Below, in pieces: positions 47,793 to 62,929 of a stretch of DNA of 64,000 nt. Under the pieces are notes generated by a model. That model was not told the origin of the DNA, made no database searches, and was given only the letters and a program-made list of their open reading frames with translations. The DNA lies in NCBI GenBank assembly GCA_000934665.2, contig KZ537976.1, positions 124,001-188,000 of the forward strand, read 5' to 3'. The translations under genes were made by a program, and so were the position numbers. This stretch comes from Catajapyx aquilonaris (Eukaryota). How positions within the stretch are numbered: position 1 is the stretch's first letter; every line of letters starts with the position of its first letter.

Positions 47793-50700
47793 TACATTAC
47801 TGGACATAACCAGTACCTAGAATGTGGTTATCAGTCGCGGTCCAAAATTCAGTGTTATGTCCTTACAGACCAGCTATCGACGCACTTTTTTTTTCCAATG
47901 CGCTATCAATCTGATTGTAATGTTTGCTTACGACCTTATTTTTGCTGCATAATGACGCCACTTTCAAACGAGAGCAAAATTTTTTATGCACAAACTCTCC
48001 ATTTTTTTTATCGATTAGATGATGCAGAGGTATTTAAGCTGGCAGACCATTTAGCCCTTGGGTGATATTGCGTGTTACGCAATGATCGTGTGTGCTTAGG
48101 GAGGCAGGGAGATAAGGCGTGTCACTTTGGCAATGCCCATGAGCCAATTGCGCCCACAAACATTTCATCGAAAGGTTTCGAGGTGTCCATTCACGGCGGG
48201 TTTTTTTCACATAAGAAATTTATTACGCAACCTTAACCATGCGCAAGGCCACGGCCACTTCAAAAAATTACCAGATTTGAAGTCCTTGGCAGACAGGTGA
48301 TCTAGGCTGGATCAATCTAATTTGCATAATTAGATTACACCTGCGGATGGTTACATTATTTGAAACGCCTTATTTTATGGGAGCTTATATGTTGCTATAA
48401 TTGGTGCGGATCGTGCATTTCGTGACTTGAGAGCCGGGAAAAAATTGCTTTATGAGATGTTTATTTGGCGAGGCACCAGTTGTTGGTATAGCAATTTGCT
48501 TCCGGTTATTTAGTCATCCTCTCTGGGGTTTATCAGATCGAAACAAGGAAGTAGCAGGGTGGAAGATGACATTGGCAGCCAGGGGGTGATTTTTACGGAC
48601 GATGCAATAATAGCATCTCCACCCCTTAATCTTTGAACCCCAAGGCGAAAGTGGCCATCATCTCAAAAAACCGCGGCTATTGAAAGAGGCAAAACAAATT
48701 GCGTCACAGTTTTTATAGGCAGCATATAGGACTCACTGGTATATATCCACCGAATTGCCAATTACGGATATCGGATGGTTTGTGCATGGGTTGGGTGGTA
48801 TTAAAAATTGGCGTGCGCTTGCGATTGTATGTAACATTGGTTATAATTACAGGCATTCCAAAGTGGCATCGTGTCTTATATAGTGCGACGCAGGTGTAGG
48901 AATAACCACACCCATCTGCTTTCAACGTCAAGGTAAAGGAGAAAAAAGATTCTGTTTACCTTTTGGTGCTGGGGGCACAGGAAGGAAGTGCTTAGAACTG
49001 CATCACCCACAAATCCGTTCCTTATTGAGAAGCTGGGCATAACAACACGGCTGCTGTTACGTCGCCCAGGTTAATTGTTGTTCGAATGTACCGTTGAAGA
49101 AATTGTTTCTTTTGGCGCACCTTTGCTGTAGGTGCTTGGTTTTTTGAATGGATGTTATTTTGTGTGGGTCAGGCCGGCAATTGTACAGAGCTGCCACCTT
49201 TCACGTATCCGAGGAAACGTGCCAGTTTGTTGCTTGCTCGTCGGATGGCGTGGATGGCATGCCAGAAAATTGGCTGGTTAGGAAAAGTACGAGTCGATGA
49301 TTATATTACGCGTCATGGAATGACTGAATTGTGACAAAAATGTGACAACACCCCGGGGCTACCAATCGCTGTTACTGGACAACATCGGAGCAGCATTGCT
49401 ATGTAATATTTTTTTTTTGGATAGGCCTACCACCAGCCTGATATCAGGACAGACAGTCTATTACACGTTGACAAGGTTTCGAATCGCGAAATGCCATTAT
49501 TATGGGGGTCTGGCTTTTATGGGGTTTGATGATGCAGTGTGTGCTTTGTGACAATGCTGATGATTTGTGGACCCGTCATTGCGGTTATGACCACGGGACG
49601 CATTAAACTATTGGAGCCTCCAGAGGGAATGACTACTTTGCATGAGTCAAGTTACGTATTCAGCCGGCTTATTTTGACGAACAGAAAAGGGCATAGTTGA
49701 AAAGTTGCGGATATGATTTGGGGACACTCAAAAGAAGGCAGTTCCAGCTCAAAGGCAGCATTCACGAAAGCAGTGCAATGAAACATTTCCGGCAGTTACT
49801 TTGCTCTAATGACCGGCGGCGTGCATGTAAATACATATCCACGATCAAAAGGTTAGCCGAAGGGGACTCGAGCTGCTGTGTAAGAGGATTACCGCTGAAT
49901 CGGCCAATATTATACGTTTCGTGCACATTCACTATAGACACCGTTGGAAAGTCTTTGCACTTAATACCCTTTCCCATGTAGCCACATAGTACGGCCATGC
50001 CACTCATCGTATTTATGTCAAACAGAATTAGGGGATGACATGTTGGTGCCCACATGAAACATCCGCTGTCTGGCGAGACTTGCAGCATTATCCGCGCTCG
50101 TCTGTGCAGACATGCATGCACAAAGGAAACAATCGGACAAACTATACAACCCTCCCGAGACTAGTAAATTGCATGAAGTCCAGGGCATATGCAGGACAAA
50201 TTTTTCAACTAAAATAGAAACTAGGTTTTGGCCTTTGAGCTTTTAATGGATCCGCATTGTGCGTCAGACTATCCATACACACACACTAGGACTGCATATA
50301 GAGAGAGCGACCGTATATCAGCACCAAATGTACTGCTCCGGAACCATTATGGCGTCAGTCTTGTGGAGAGGTCGAGCGACAAATCAGGGCCATGATTGGC
50401 GGGGGTTGACCTCCGAGCCAAATCTATCATTGGGAGAAAAGGAGGTGAAAAAGGAGGGGTCCCCAGGAATAAAAAAAAGAGTAAGAAGACAGATGGAGCA
50501 AAGAAGCTGGTAGGGAGAAATTTATTTGGGCAGAGACCACACTCAAGTTTTCCACCACAAAAGCACCCCCACGATTCCTATCTTTCCTCTTCTCTCCCCC
50601 CCTCTGGGCTATAACTTGCAAATTGTAGCCGGGAGTTTCCCCCCGGATAGGTCTATCCCCTGTGGAGACACCGCAACGACCCTCTTATTGATGCCCTTCG

Positions 50701-53700
50701 ATCCCTCCGACCCGATTTGATAGGGTCGTGGCAATCAATTTATTCGCAATCTCATTCAATCTGGTGGAGAGAGTCAGGGTGTGGGGTATATATATATGCA
50801 TAGGGGGGAAAGAAAAGATGCTTTTCTGACTTACGACCCTTTTCGCAGAGTTCTTGCTCCCCCCCTCTTTGTTGTTCGTGTTTTAATGAGCTTTTTCCCC
50901 TTTTGATGGATCGATAAACGAGAGCTAGAGGATTATTAAATGCGAGATTAATAGGTACAAGGAGGGTTTATTAGTTCGGGCGGATGGCCCTCACAAAGGT
51001 TATGTTGCGCTCAGACAAATTCAGGTGATGTGGACACTCATTTCACGTAAGAACGAGCGGATATTATGGGTGTAAGCATGTGAAAAGTGTATGAGGTGTA
51101 AGACGCGACTGAATGAAACCGGCTGTGTTATCATTGGCTGGCCTTTTTTTGTTTTGTATAATAATATTTGAGTATGAAACTGCACGTAGCTGAATGTTAA
51201 GTGGTGCTCGGCTTTTGTGTGTTATTGCACGTAGATTTTTTTTTTGTGGTCCTGTCCTTCCTCCGTCAAAGCTATAGCGTCGGGATGAAATATTACGTTT
51301 GTTCATCACTGACTGCGTTGAAAGAGTCCCCAGATCTCCCATCAGTCATTTATTACTCTCTCTGTTGTTTTTTTTCTCTCCGCCAGGTTGGCATGCAGAT
51401 AAGTTGCGATCTGGAAAATGAAATATTGCGTAGTAGCCAGCCGTCACATCCACTTCAGTGGCATCATTTCGAAGGCAAACGCAATTAATACCTGGTGGCA
51501 CTGTTTCCCACGGGAGCGTTTGAATTGTGATCATTCAGCACTGCATGTGAGCAGGTGATGTTGGCTCACTTTGGACGAATTACAACCGCATGCGCCGGTT
51601 TGTTTAATCCGTCAATTGTCTGCAAATGGTTTCCCCCCAGCAGGATCCAGCTCAAACAAAGCCGGAAAGGAAACAGAAACAGGTGGGGGGACGTGATCAG
51701 CCATTACCGTTGGTTATCACTCATTCGGTGTCTGTCCGGTCCAACCGAACTGCTTACCACACAGAGTCCCTCAGGAAGGATTTGGAGTGTTGTCAAGTTG
51801 AGTTACGGGGACGCCACAGCTAGAGGGCGATACCAGAAAGGGGGGCGACGCCAATGGGAAAACAGTTAGACTTAGCAGAAGGAAGGAGGGATATGCCTGC
51901 TTGCTTGAGCACTTCAATTCGATGACTTTCCTTCCAAAAGAGACATTGGCGATCAATCGGATGGGAGAGACGGAGAATCCGAGGCGCACACGCTGTCTGC
52001 CGGCAATCGAACTATGGGATCTCCTTTGTCTCCCAGGGACGTGCCGAATTAGGTCCAGCCAGAGATTAGGCCCAGGCACAGACTCTTTATCGGATCAATT
52101 CAAGCCCACCCCTTCCCAACCCCACTTCCTCTCCCCGTGACTATATTCCTCTCACTACCCTTTTTTGTAGCTAAATAAAACTAGGGCCGATGCTGCTCCA
52201 ATTACTATGTTTGCTGCAAAAGATCGAACTCTTGCTAATGGATTTCAGCCATTCTTTTCATGGGCCACTTCTCCCCTGAATTTATAAAGGGAAGGCATTG
52301 GATGAGGGGGACCTAGGAAAGAGGTAAAAAAAAAGGGCAGGGGGGCTGTTGTATAGGAATACTATAGTGATAGGAGGCAATTAGGATCGGACTATCAGGC
52401 TGTACAAAGCCAGGTTGCTTTTCTCCAACCTGATGCATTATCTGGTTTCTCCGCAGGTCTTAAGGCTGACGAAAACAAAGGGAGGACCACCGGCATGTTT
52501 AGTCAATTGGAAGGGAATCCTTATTGAGCAGGATGCGTGACAATCCTTGCGTATGTCTCCAGATCTGCGCAGCATCCGGGAAATTAAATTCGAGGGGGAA
52601 GGGGGATGCAGCTGATTGAAATGGAAGTGAACGAGTCTGGCGCAATTAAAAGGGTTGCTCGCTAATTTCATTTCGGTGGGTAAACATGAAACGCATTATT
52701 AATGACGAAGGCCTGTGACAAACCCCTCCCCGTCTTGGCAAGGACCGACACTACATAATGTAATCTGACGATTTGAAAGTAAAGTACTCGTACACTTGGA
52801 GAATCGTGAGCCTATAATATGATGCGGGTTATATTGGCCCCAGGTTTCTTGCAGCTTCACAGCTTGGTAAAACAAATCAGGCATAGTGTCTATTAACAAT
52901 TTAATGTTTGTCGTGTACAAGCTGCCACTTGGATGTATATACTGTAGTACCAGGTGGTCAGAGGTAATTTGAACTAACAGTATCAGGAAGCAATTTTTGA
53001 AGTAATTAATATTGACGAATCCGCGTCACGCAGTATATATCAGTCTACCGCGTCATTGGTTTACATGAGTTATATCTAGGATAATGAAATTTCCGAGCCC
53101 GGTCTTCCATCAATCGATATTTGGATTTAATTTTGAAGCATAAAAATTGCACATGGTACAGGGAATTTATCACGTACAGGACTGCGTGGTATTGGTGGTC
53201 GCCTGCACCACGAATTCGGTAATAACATTATGCCAACGCAATTTTTGGTCCTTTCAGGCTCGTGGACAAAAAAGCAAACCGAAGACTTTGGTACACTCTT
53301 AGGCCAATAGCTGGATAATTTATTATTGAATGTAATTCACTGCAGGTGCAAGTACTACTTTGACCCAGATGGTACCGATCAATCACGGATTTTTTTTGTC
53401 CCCTTTGTTTACAGTCAGCGGGTTCAGTGGCAGTCCAATGAGCCTTGAACTCATCCGGTCAAAATGAGACGAGCCCGGATGAGATTTGGGACGCGCACTG
53501 ACCTTGGATACTTGTAAAAAAGTCAGTAGAGCGGGGTCTGTACGGTTTTGGAAACTCGTCGCGTCTGTTTTTGCTTGCGTTTTGATCCCCGCCTGGAACA
53601 CTTGGCTGGAGTGAACTGTCTGGAAGCATGACGTCAATACAAACAACGAGGCACTTGTGGCACTGTTTGCGAGTGACGTTCAGGCCAGTACAGGCTCTGG

Positions 53701-54269
53701 CTGCCGAATTACGTTTAGCCTAAATTGTCAAATGGCAGCGTGGCAAAGTAGGCCCGTTTGTTCACACCCATAACCACAAATGGCAGCAGTGGTGACTCCC
53801 ATCGGTGGTACTGCCATCTCAATCGCTAAAAAGATTTCGAAGCAAAGCATCGCATATAGGTGGAAGTGGAGCACAATCCTATAGTCGTGTCCGATTTTGC
53901 AAGCGCTGCTTCCTGCAAGCGTGTCCGGGACACTTGGTCGTAAATTGGCAAGGCAGCGTCCCCCCCACCCTCCTCTCCCGGCATGTCCGGTGCACTTGGT
54001 CGTGCAGTGGATCACCGGAGGACTGCTGGCTCCGGGTCTCTCCATATCCCCTCTTTGCTGCTGCTTGCTGGTGGGGGCTTGTGCAAGGGGAGTTTGCAGG
54101 ACGTCTGCTCCCATCCCAATCCTCCCGCTTCGGCCTGCAAATAGAATGAAAAAGGAAGATTGGGCCTGTCGCAAGCGCAAAGTGCAGAACGGAGATTGTT
54201 CCTGGCGTGGCTGCAAAGCTTACCGGGGAAAAACGGGCCGGGAGGAACCAGGACTTGTCTGGGAATATA

Positions 54270-54508
54270 CAGGGTGGGCCAGGAACACTGCGGGCATCAA
54301 TTCGGGGAGAATGTACTGCTTGTGCAGTCCTTGCAGTGGTCGATTTTGTGGCGGTTTCATATCGGTAAAAATACGGGAACTGCGCACACTTTTGTAGTAA
54401 ACTGGCACTTGCTGCAGGTTCACACAGGGAATGAATGGCAAATAACTTTCAGCAGCTACACGAAAGAGCTAAACAAGCAGAATGACTAAGTGGCGTCGGA
54501 GCACCCTG
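54270..54508. mobile_element. Possible Tc1/mariner-type MITE relic
   Basis: TA-CAGGGTG ... CACCCTG-TA; only 7 bp of terminal identity. Confidence 0.35.
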
Positions 54509-57500
54509 TATATAGAGTTTCTCCCCGGATTTCTATCTCTCCCTATACCACTAGCAGAACCATAAAGCGTGTGCTGCGTGCATCCAGAGGACGACCGAGG
54601 AGGAGTGCGAACTCATTTCCTCCTTTTCTCAATCAGCACTAGAGGAAGTTTACAGTCTAATTATCTGCCTCTACTTCGTTTTGGAGTAGGGGAATGGAGG
54701 ATGGGGTGGGGGAGAAAACGGGGAGGAGAGAGAGAGAGCGGGAGGGGGGGTGTTTTTGCGTCCGGAAGAATAGGTTTCGACCCAATTTGGCTGAGAGTCT
54801 GAGCAAGTCATTGTCTGTGGCCATGGTTTCCACCCAGGGCTCGTTTCATTTTCGCGCCCAAACTGCCTTCCCAATTAAGACTAGTTCATGCCAACTTTTT
54901 GGAAGTCAGTTGTAGCAAGCAGTGAAAGACCTGCTGGGATTGTATATCCAAGCTGCGCGATGCTACAACATGGCCATCACTCTGCAATCAGCAACAAAGA
55001 AAACTTTTTTTGGGAGGGAAGTCACTGAGCTTCTTTTATGAGCACCATGGGCGGACCTGTAATATTGATGCGAATAAATGCGGGCCTCATAGAGCGAGTG
55101 CCCGTGGAGTGAATATCCCTTCGAGGGAGGTGCCTGGCATCTGGCATGGGGGACACGTATCAAGAAAACTGTATTATTCAAGTAGAGGCGCGGAGGTGGG
55201 GATAGACGGAGGAGGATGAATAGCTCGCCATCAATCACAGGGGCCTCACAGCAGTCGCAAGATTTTTTGGTGGGGGACGATGGGGGATGTCCTTCTTGTA
55301 TATATATACACAGGATGAGACGGGCATTGCAATACGAGGCGATATGTAATGCGAGCCAGTGTAGGTTGCACATTTTTGTTATGCGGGCTAGGGGATGCGA
55401 TATCCTGAGGATGAAACTGGCGGAGGGAGGAACCCCCTCTATTGGAGATGCGAGTCAAGTGAGGGCCTTACGGAAATAAGGGTCCCCTAGTCCGAGACCC
55501 ACCGAGGGATCAGCTGTGAATAAGGGCTTCTCCGTGAGAAGGATGACTTGACTGCACACGACTACGACACCGACAAACACAAAAAATTTCGGTGTTTGGG
55601 GGGGGGTTGCAGAAGCTGCTCAGGGAACACAGAAACTGGGGGCATTGCATTTATGCTGCTTTACCAAATGTTGCTTCCCACAAACACACCAGAGGAATCC
55701 AGACTTGGTTTGTTTCCTAACCAAATAAAATCTGTAAAACTGTTTTTAAAAATAAGTATCTGATGGTGAAGTATACTGTATACAATTATCCTTATTGACT
55801 TATTCGAATATAAGTACTGGTCCAACATGGAGAGAAACTTTCTCATATCATAGGATGGCAATGCTTATGATGGACATGCATAAGCCAAAGTAGGATACAA
55901 GAATAAAATTTGCTATGCGTATGGTATACAGGGCTTAACAGGTTGATGATGCTATGATACAGTGGTGATATAGGGTATATCACCGGCGTTTGTTGCAAGT
56001 ATTTCATTTGTGGTGGTCTATTATTAACAAACAACAATATTAATATTGATAATAACGCGAGTAAATTGGTTCGTTATTTACAAATTGTTGTAATATTGAT
56101 AATTTTGGTTTATTGGGAAATTGCCCTTCCTGTGTACACTACGTAATTGAGGCTATAACTTGGTCAACTGAAATATAATTTTCCATATTTTGTACAGCTA
56201 ATTACGTAATTAACCGGGTTTCTCTAAGCGCATTGCATGGCAGAATTCTGACCTTCCATTTTAATAATGGAAAAATCGTGTAATTTAATTTAAAATGGGC
56301 TGTGCTACCGACGACGTCAGAAAAGATTGATACCATTGCTCTGGAGACTTCCTCTATGTCGATGAACTTGTCGTTGGAATAAATTGCAAGCGACAGGTTA
56401 TACGCAGAGGACTAGGAGATACCCTTGATTGATGATGACTATCTGTCTCGACGATAACATACAGTGTAGTCCACTTCAACTGAAAACACTTGCAAGCAAG
56501 CAAAGCAAACTAATTAGTCTTTGTTTCAGACAAAGACTTCCTGGACTTGCAGAAAATGCCGAGTTTCACTTTGGCTTTGCTTATTATAGTTGTTGTTGCA
56601 AACGAGAGCACATCGTTACTTGGGCGACTTGAATAGTTCACCGAGCACTTCAGAGTACTGTAGGCCCGTGCAATTATCGAGGATGCGCGATCGATTACCT
56701 GATGGCAATAATAACCAGCAGGTTATTTCACGGAGGCTAGATAACTTGTTGTCCATAATTACAGCTCTACGGTGCCCGAACTTGACAATTTCCTCTTTGA
56801 GAGCTGCACTCGCGTATTAGCTGAAGAGGAAATTTTAATTGCGCAATGTAATAGCATCAGTACCTTGTCGATAAGCCTCTTACAACTTTTCAACATCAGC
56901 GGTGTAACACTGTCGAAAGTCCTTTTTGTATATGTACGTGCCTGCCTTTTCAAGAGTTAAATTTCGCAATGGAGAGCATACATTCATCGCTAACCCTCAA
57001 AAGAGGATGTATGCAGAGCAGGATTAACCAAGGAGAGAGCCATGCTTATTATTTTGACATGAAGGCTTGACGATTACGCCTCTAGCAAGAGTACACTGTA
57101 CTGAGCCGGTGTCATTTTGTCGAGTGAAAGTGCGTCTTCTTTACACTTGAAGCAAGAAGCAGCATCAAAATGCCTCTACATGCTGGGAAACTAACCGATC
57201 GTGGCTCTCGCGTATGGCTACAGGGTATGTAATTAGAGCATTGAATATCATCCTACCTCTTGTTATCTACATGAGATATCTGCAGCTTTAAAGGAACAGG
57301 GCTTTAATAGCAAGTCCACTGGGCTGACTCGCTCTGCCGTGTAATGGAGAGAAGCGCAAATTTAAATCCGTGTACTGTGCACGTGTGATGAGGACTGCAT
57401 GTGAATGACCCACTCATAGCACTGCAGGTTTTACTGACTCCCTGTGAAAAAAAGGAAACTTATAGTCTACATGACTGCACATACCATCAAGGAGCAAACC

Positions 57501-60500
57501 TCTCAGGAAAGCGCATAAAAATTCGAACATGATCACTTTTTTTTGAGAAAAAAAAACCCGGAGTTTATATCGCATTCCCTCGTTTATCAATGTCACTTGG
57601 CAGACAGGCTGGTACGTCATGAACGTGAGGAATAATGAATGATATGGGATTATCCGGATCCTTTTTGGAAAGCGATTCGACCCTATGTGTATATATGTGT
57701 GTGTGTGTGTGCACGCGGGGGAAACTAAAGCTCTCGACAATAGTTTGGAGCCGTAACTGGGGCATGTAATTGATGCACTCTGTTTTTCACAAAAGCCGAA
57801 GGGAGCGTAGGGGGAACATGACACAAGTATATGCAGAACTGACAGTGGCGAGCAACAAACAAGAGTAAGGCAGGTCGTCGACTCCGTTGCTAATGATATT
57901 GCCATTGTGTTGATGCGTCCGATATAATTTATATCCGTCTAATGGATGCGTGTTGTCTGATCAGGGGCAGGAAAAATGGCTTGCTTGACTAACGCTGCTT
58001 TAAGTATGTAAGGCTGTTTACACTGTGGTATATATGTGATGGAACTTTTGCTGCCAGTCTTCCTAGTTTGATTTAGTATGGATAAGCTCACTTTTCTATT
58101 GCGTAATGCCGTACTGTATGTTGCAAGTAAATCACTTCTGCGCCTAAGATAAATTTTGTGCAAAATATGTGCACTTTTATAAATACATGTGCGTGTAATT
58201 TATTCAGGTTGTATCTCACGTATGAACGAATGACTCGAAAAAATGTGAATCAATTACGCAATTTTCACAAATACAACCGACCTGATCGTAGATGTACGTT
58301 GTAAATGGTGCAACGAGTTATTGATTGTAGACATATCGGGCGGTTATCGATAGGTTTGTAAATGATTTAGGCGTGCGGAATATTGATGCACTATGAACTA
58401 CTATGTGCACCTGTTAATTTTTGATTTATTTTGTCGGGAACCCATCCAGGCTGCATAATGCGATGCACTAATTAGTCGACATCGGTAAACAAAGCGAGTC
58501 GCGCCTGTTAGCACAAGTTACTGCATGCCCTGTCGGAGGAAACAGCACAAAAATACCAGCCGATTTAGAGGCTCTGGAATATTCAAACCGGCCTTAATGC
58601 AATTAGACATTAAAATAAACGATGTTTTTCTGGCAGTCGTGATGAGGGTTTATAGGACTCTGTCTTTTTTATTATTATTATTCCAAGTGTGAATGGCCTT
58701 CCCCCCATGGCAGCAAAACCAGCTCTGTCACGTCTTTACCAAATTGGCTTGACCCAGTTGGAGAATGTAAGGGCATTACCCGCATTTTGTGGTGGCCGTA
58801 CCCTCCCCCGAAACTTTTTCGCGAATTACTAGAAGTCTTCACGCCGGGTTGAAAAATGAGGCCGACGACACTAGGATTCGCAACAAAAAGAGGGTGGCTA
58901 TTTTTTTCTCCCTCCCCTCCCCCTCCCACCTCTCATATAGCGGTGAACTCCCAGGAAAAAGAATGTAACAGGACTGGGAATGCACTTCAACAATAGAGAC
59001 ACCGAGGACGCCGCCTGAATTCTTTCGGCTCCGGATCGCCAAATTGTGCTGGCCAACAATCTGCAATAGTTTACAGGGTGTCAAACTTTTGCACAGTTTT
59101 TGCGTTGGTGCAAATACTGTACTTGGGAAGTAAGTTACCTGCAAGTCCGGATTAGCGTTTGGAGCAGGAACCTTTGCGGGTAGGCGTAGAGTAGAAACAT
59201 TAGTCCCGAGGCCTTCCATAATCTGGTGTTGACTAGGTAGGACGCTTGGTTCTGGAAGTTAATGAAAACACCCTCGGCAATATGTTGTGCGGGGGGAACA
59301 AAGGGGGGAAAAGGGGGGTGTCTAGTAGACGCCTATCCAGCCAATAGGGCCTGGAGAAGAAAGATTGCTCGATCTCGGAGTCGTCTCCCGCTCTCTGGTT
59401 CTGCTGGAGCTTTCAGATAAGACGAAGGAAGAGGAATTTCCGTCTCCTGTGGGTGCCAGAAAAAGTAAAGAGGGGAACCCGCTCTTCCTTATTCAGATGG
59501 TTGGGAGGGGGAGCGCCATAAAAACGCACAATAATCCGCCCCCCAACAAACTTGGCTCTCCGGAGATATAGAGGCTGTATCATGAAGCGCGAAGAAGAAA
59601 AAAATAAAAGGGGAAAAAAAGAGGGTTTCAAATTGAAATGCCAGGGATTTTTCCGGCCGTCTTTCACTTCCAAGGGAGGTGCCCCCACCGAAATTGGTAT
59701 TCCTTGTTTATGATGCCGGAACGTATGGAGAGGGTAATCGCGTAACCGGATCCCCTCATTTGCATTCCTGGAGGCATGTGGAATTCCATTTCTACGATTA
59801 TAGGTAAGAATACACCTGGCTGTTGGTCATGAAATCGGACAGGATTACAGGCTAGATCAAACAGTCAGGATGCTGCAAATATAATTCGGAAAATAAAGTA
59901 CGTAAACCACCAGAAGAAGAGATTAATGAAAAGTGTCCAACTTAATATCGTAATGTCAAAGTGTCAAAATATTTCTTCAAATTTAACAGCAGTGTAACAC
60001 GACGGGTGAACAAGGAACAACATGTGCTAGTTTCATAAATTTTGATGAAGCCAAACCTCCATGGTTTCAACAGTGGTTGTAGCTCTAACCCCTACGGATT
60101 TTTACGTCCGGTGCAAATGCTGCGTGATCCGGAATACTGCACATGGGCAGTATTCCTGCCTCCTTTTCACGTCTTTCTCCTCCGGTTTTCTCTCCTTACT
60201 AGGATGTAGAGGAAGGATGAACAAGGATGGGGAGNNNNNNNNNNNGGGGGGGGGGGATTTATGGCGGTTTTTGTCGTGTGTATCGTCTCAAGGGCGCTGC
60301 AACGAAGAGGAACCGTCTGGAAATGTTTCCACGTTGACTGTCAGGTCTCGTTCTTCTCGCGTCTTGTCCTCGTATTTTCCACCAAAGTACCGGGGGACCA
60401 CATTAAAAGGAAGCGAGGATAAAAACTGGATAGGGGGGGAAAAAAAAGAATGAACGGAGGAGGACATGTGAAGGACGATGTGTCGCCAGTTGGGAAAGTT

Positions 60501-60640
60501 GTTTGAAAGACTGGAACCCTTTCTAAGGGGGAGGAAAAGAAGCTTCATATCCTCGGGAATAAAAACTATAAATATTGTACGATGTATTAGGTTCAGCTCC
60601 ATGGGAGAGAATCCGCAGCACTTTACAGACTATAATGTTA

Positions 60641-60696
60641 CAGGGTGAGTCTGAAGTTATGGTCATCCGTGGACACAAATGTTTTGACTCACCCTG
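60641..60696. mobile_element. 56-bp mini-MITE, Tc1/mariner-type ends
   Basis: TA-CAGGGTGAGTC ... GACTCACCCTG-TA: 11-bp perfect TIRs with TA flanks. Confidence 0.55.
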
Positions 60697-62855
60697 TAGA
60701 GTGCACGGAGGCCTGAGCGTTTGGAGAGAAAATATGGCGACGGCAATGATCCCCACGGTGCGTTTGCAGGGAAGGAATTGACATAATTTGTACTTTAGAG
60801 ATTATGCAGAGTACCCGGAACTACCTAGGCCTGAATAGCAGATGAAGGGAAGACAAGCGACATCAGAGTTGGAGGGATCCGTCTGTCGCCGTGGAATCCC
60901 GTATTTTATACGGAGGGGCTCTTTCTGCTAAGTGCTTGAAATCAGCGTGAAAACCGACGACTGGATACTGTCTTCTCCGGATGTTGTGCTTAGAATGTGA
61001 GCAGACAGAGACATTCGCCAAAATTGAATAGCTTTGTTTGGCTAAGACGCTAGATGGCTTCATATTAGCCCGACATCTACCGGGCCTGGGTGACGTAACC
61101 TCTGCTCAGACGACTCCTGGCTCACCTTGGGGATCAATTTACCTCATGCAACATGTTGAATTTTTCCCCTCCCCTACGTTGTCAATAATTTAGGCTGACG
61201 GTTATTACGAATTTAGGTCGCGCCCATTATGTGGAGAGCACTTTGTGAAGCCAGAGTCAAGTTCCTATCCGCCTGTTATTAAAATTGAGGAATGCAAGCT
61301 AGTATCTGCTGCTGGCTTGAACGAAGCAGGCTCACCTTGATGCGGGGAAGCGTAACAGATATGCAAAACCTGGATTGATTTCTGCTTCGGGTTAATTATC
61401 GGGAAGTTTGTACATAGGTTCGGGAAGCCCCCGCAGAGACCTTCCCAGTATTGCAATTGTAACTCGTCTCCTCTTTTTTTTCCCCCTCCGTCGCTCCGTG
61501 GGAAGTAATGGCAAGCTCAAATGAATATTTGATTCCGCGAGACATAATTACACGGTGGAAATTCCATCAGCGCCCAACTATTGGGGGATAGGGGGAAAAA
61601 AACTGTCCATTTTTCTTCCACGAGTGTGATAGAGCTCGAAGCAGCCCATTTTTGCATATTGCAGAAAAAAAAGTGGTAGGCTACTGGAATGGCATAATCG
61701 CAGTGCGAATTTTTCCTACGCCCAGTCATGTACGTGTGTTGTTTCAGTTCGCCTGAAAATGTACATTCTTTTTAGCATTCGAATCATTTTTTTAGAACAT
61801 TGCTATAGCTGACCAAATGCATCACTAACAAACCCAGCTTCAAAGCTATTGCGCGATGGAGCAATTCGCAAATCACAATCGTCACCATATCTGCTTCTCC
61901 CCCTCCCCCTCTCTTTCCTTTTCTCCTGCTGTCAAGTTTGCGAAATGAACCAAGTGGCGTGGCTTGCTGATGAGGATTTCTCCGTTCGATTGCCGAGATC
62001 GATCTTCCACTCGGGGATTCAAATTGGGGAGGAAATACAGGAGGTAATGAGAGCGGGTATATCAACGCCGAGGACGTGACGGGACTTGACTCCGAAATGT
62101 ACTGCGAATTCCTCACTGCTAATCCGCCGGAGGAAGAAGCCCTCTTTAGACAAGGGAGGAGGAGGGGGTGTTATAAATGACTGTCTCCAGGCATTAGGAA
62201 TAAGGAATTCAGACAGTAATGTGCATTCTGCTCCTACGTTTATAAAGCCGATTACTTCGCTTCTATGTGGATGTAACATGCAGTGTCTGTAATTATTATA
62301 GCTTTGGATTCAGGTGCAGGACAAGGTGCACTAATGGTGGGTCTTGTCGTGGTCTTAATTTAGAGCTTTCGACTTCACCTGGTTTGGCAAATCAATTGTT
62401 GTCAGCCCCAATCACCGAGGCCCTGCTGGAAACCCTGAAAGCAATCATCAGTCAGATGTACCGCAGCCCCGCAGTAGGCCTCTCTCGACCTCATAACCAC
62501 AACGCATCACAGTTTCATTATTGTTTTGCACACGCAGTAATCCCCTCCAGTACCCGCAGCTCTTTCCACCTATTCATTGCACAGCGCTAGTGCTATACTG
62601 ATGTAGTAAAATCCTCTTCAGACCCAACTCTCACTTCACGCAGTCGGGAACATGTGCTTGCTGTTTTCATTAATTATACACTGTACTGTGCATTCAGAAT
62701 TACATGGTGTACCGCTTGTTAACTGCTGTCTTGCACAGTGTACGTGCACAGCAGTTAGAATGTTGCAGGTGCAACTGACGTGGTACAGACAAGTCATTCA
62801 CAGTTGAGTAAAAGCCTTACGCACAGTACCTTTTGACGTAAAGGCCAAGTCGGTT

Positions 62856-62929
62856 TACATTTATTACCATTACCATTACCATTTATTACCATTACCATTA
62901 CCATTACCATTACATTTATTTACCATTAC
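62856..62929. repeat. (TTACCA)n / CATTTA compound microsatellite
   Basis: TTACATTTATTACCATTACCATTACCATTTATTACCATTACCATTACCATTACCATTACATTTATTTACCATTAC is directly visible. Confidence 0.85.

Noticed and set aside
53728..54489. Cluster of overlapping 110-166 aa ORFs
   Set aside because: Locally GC-rich sequence with no domain similarity, partly overlapping a possible MITE.
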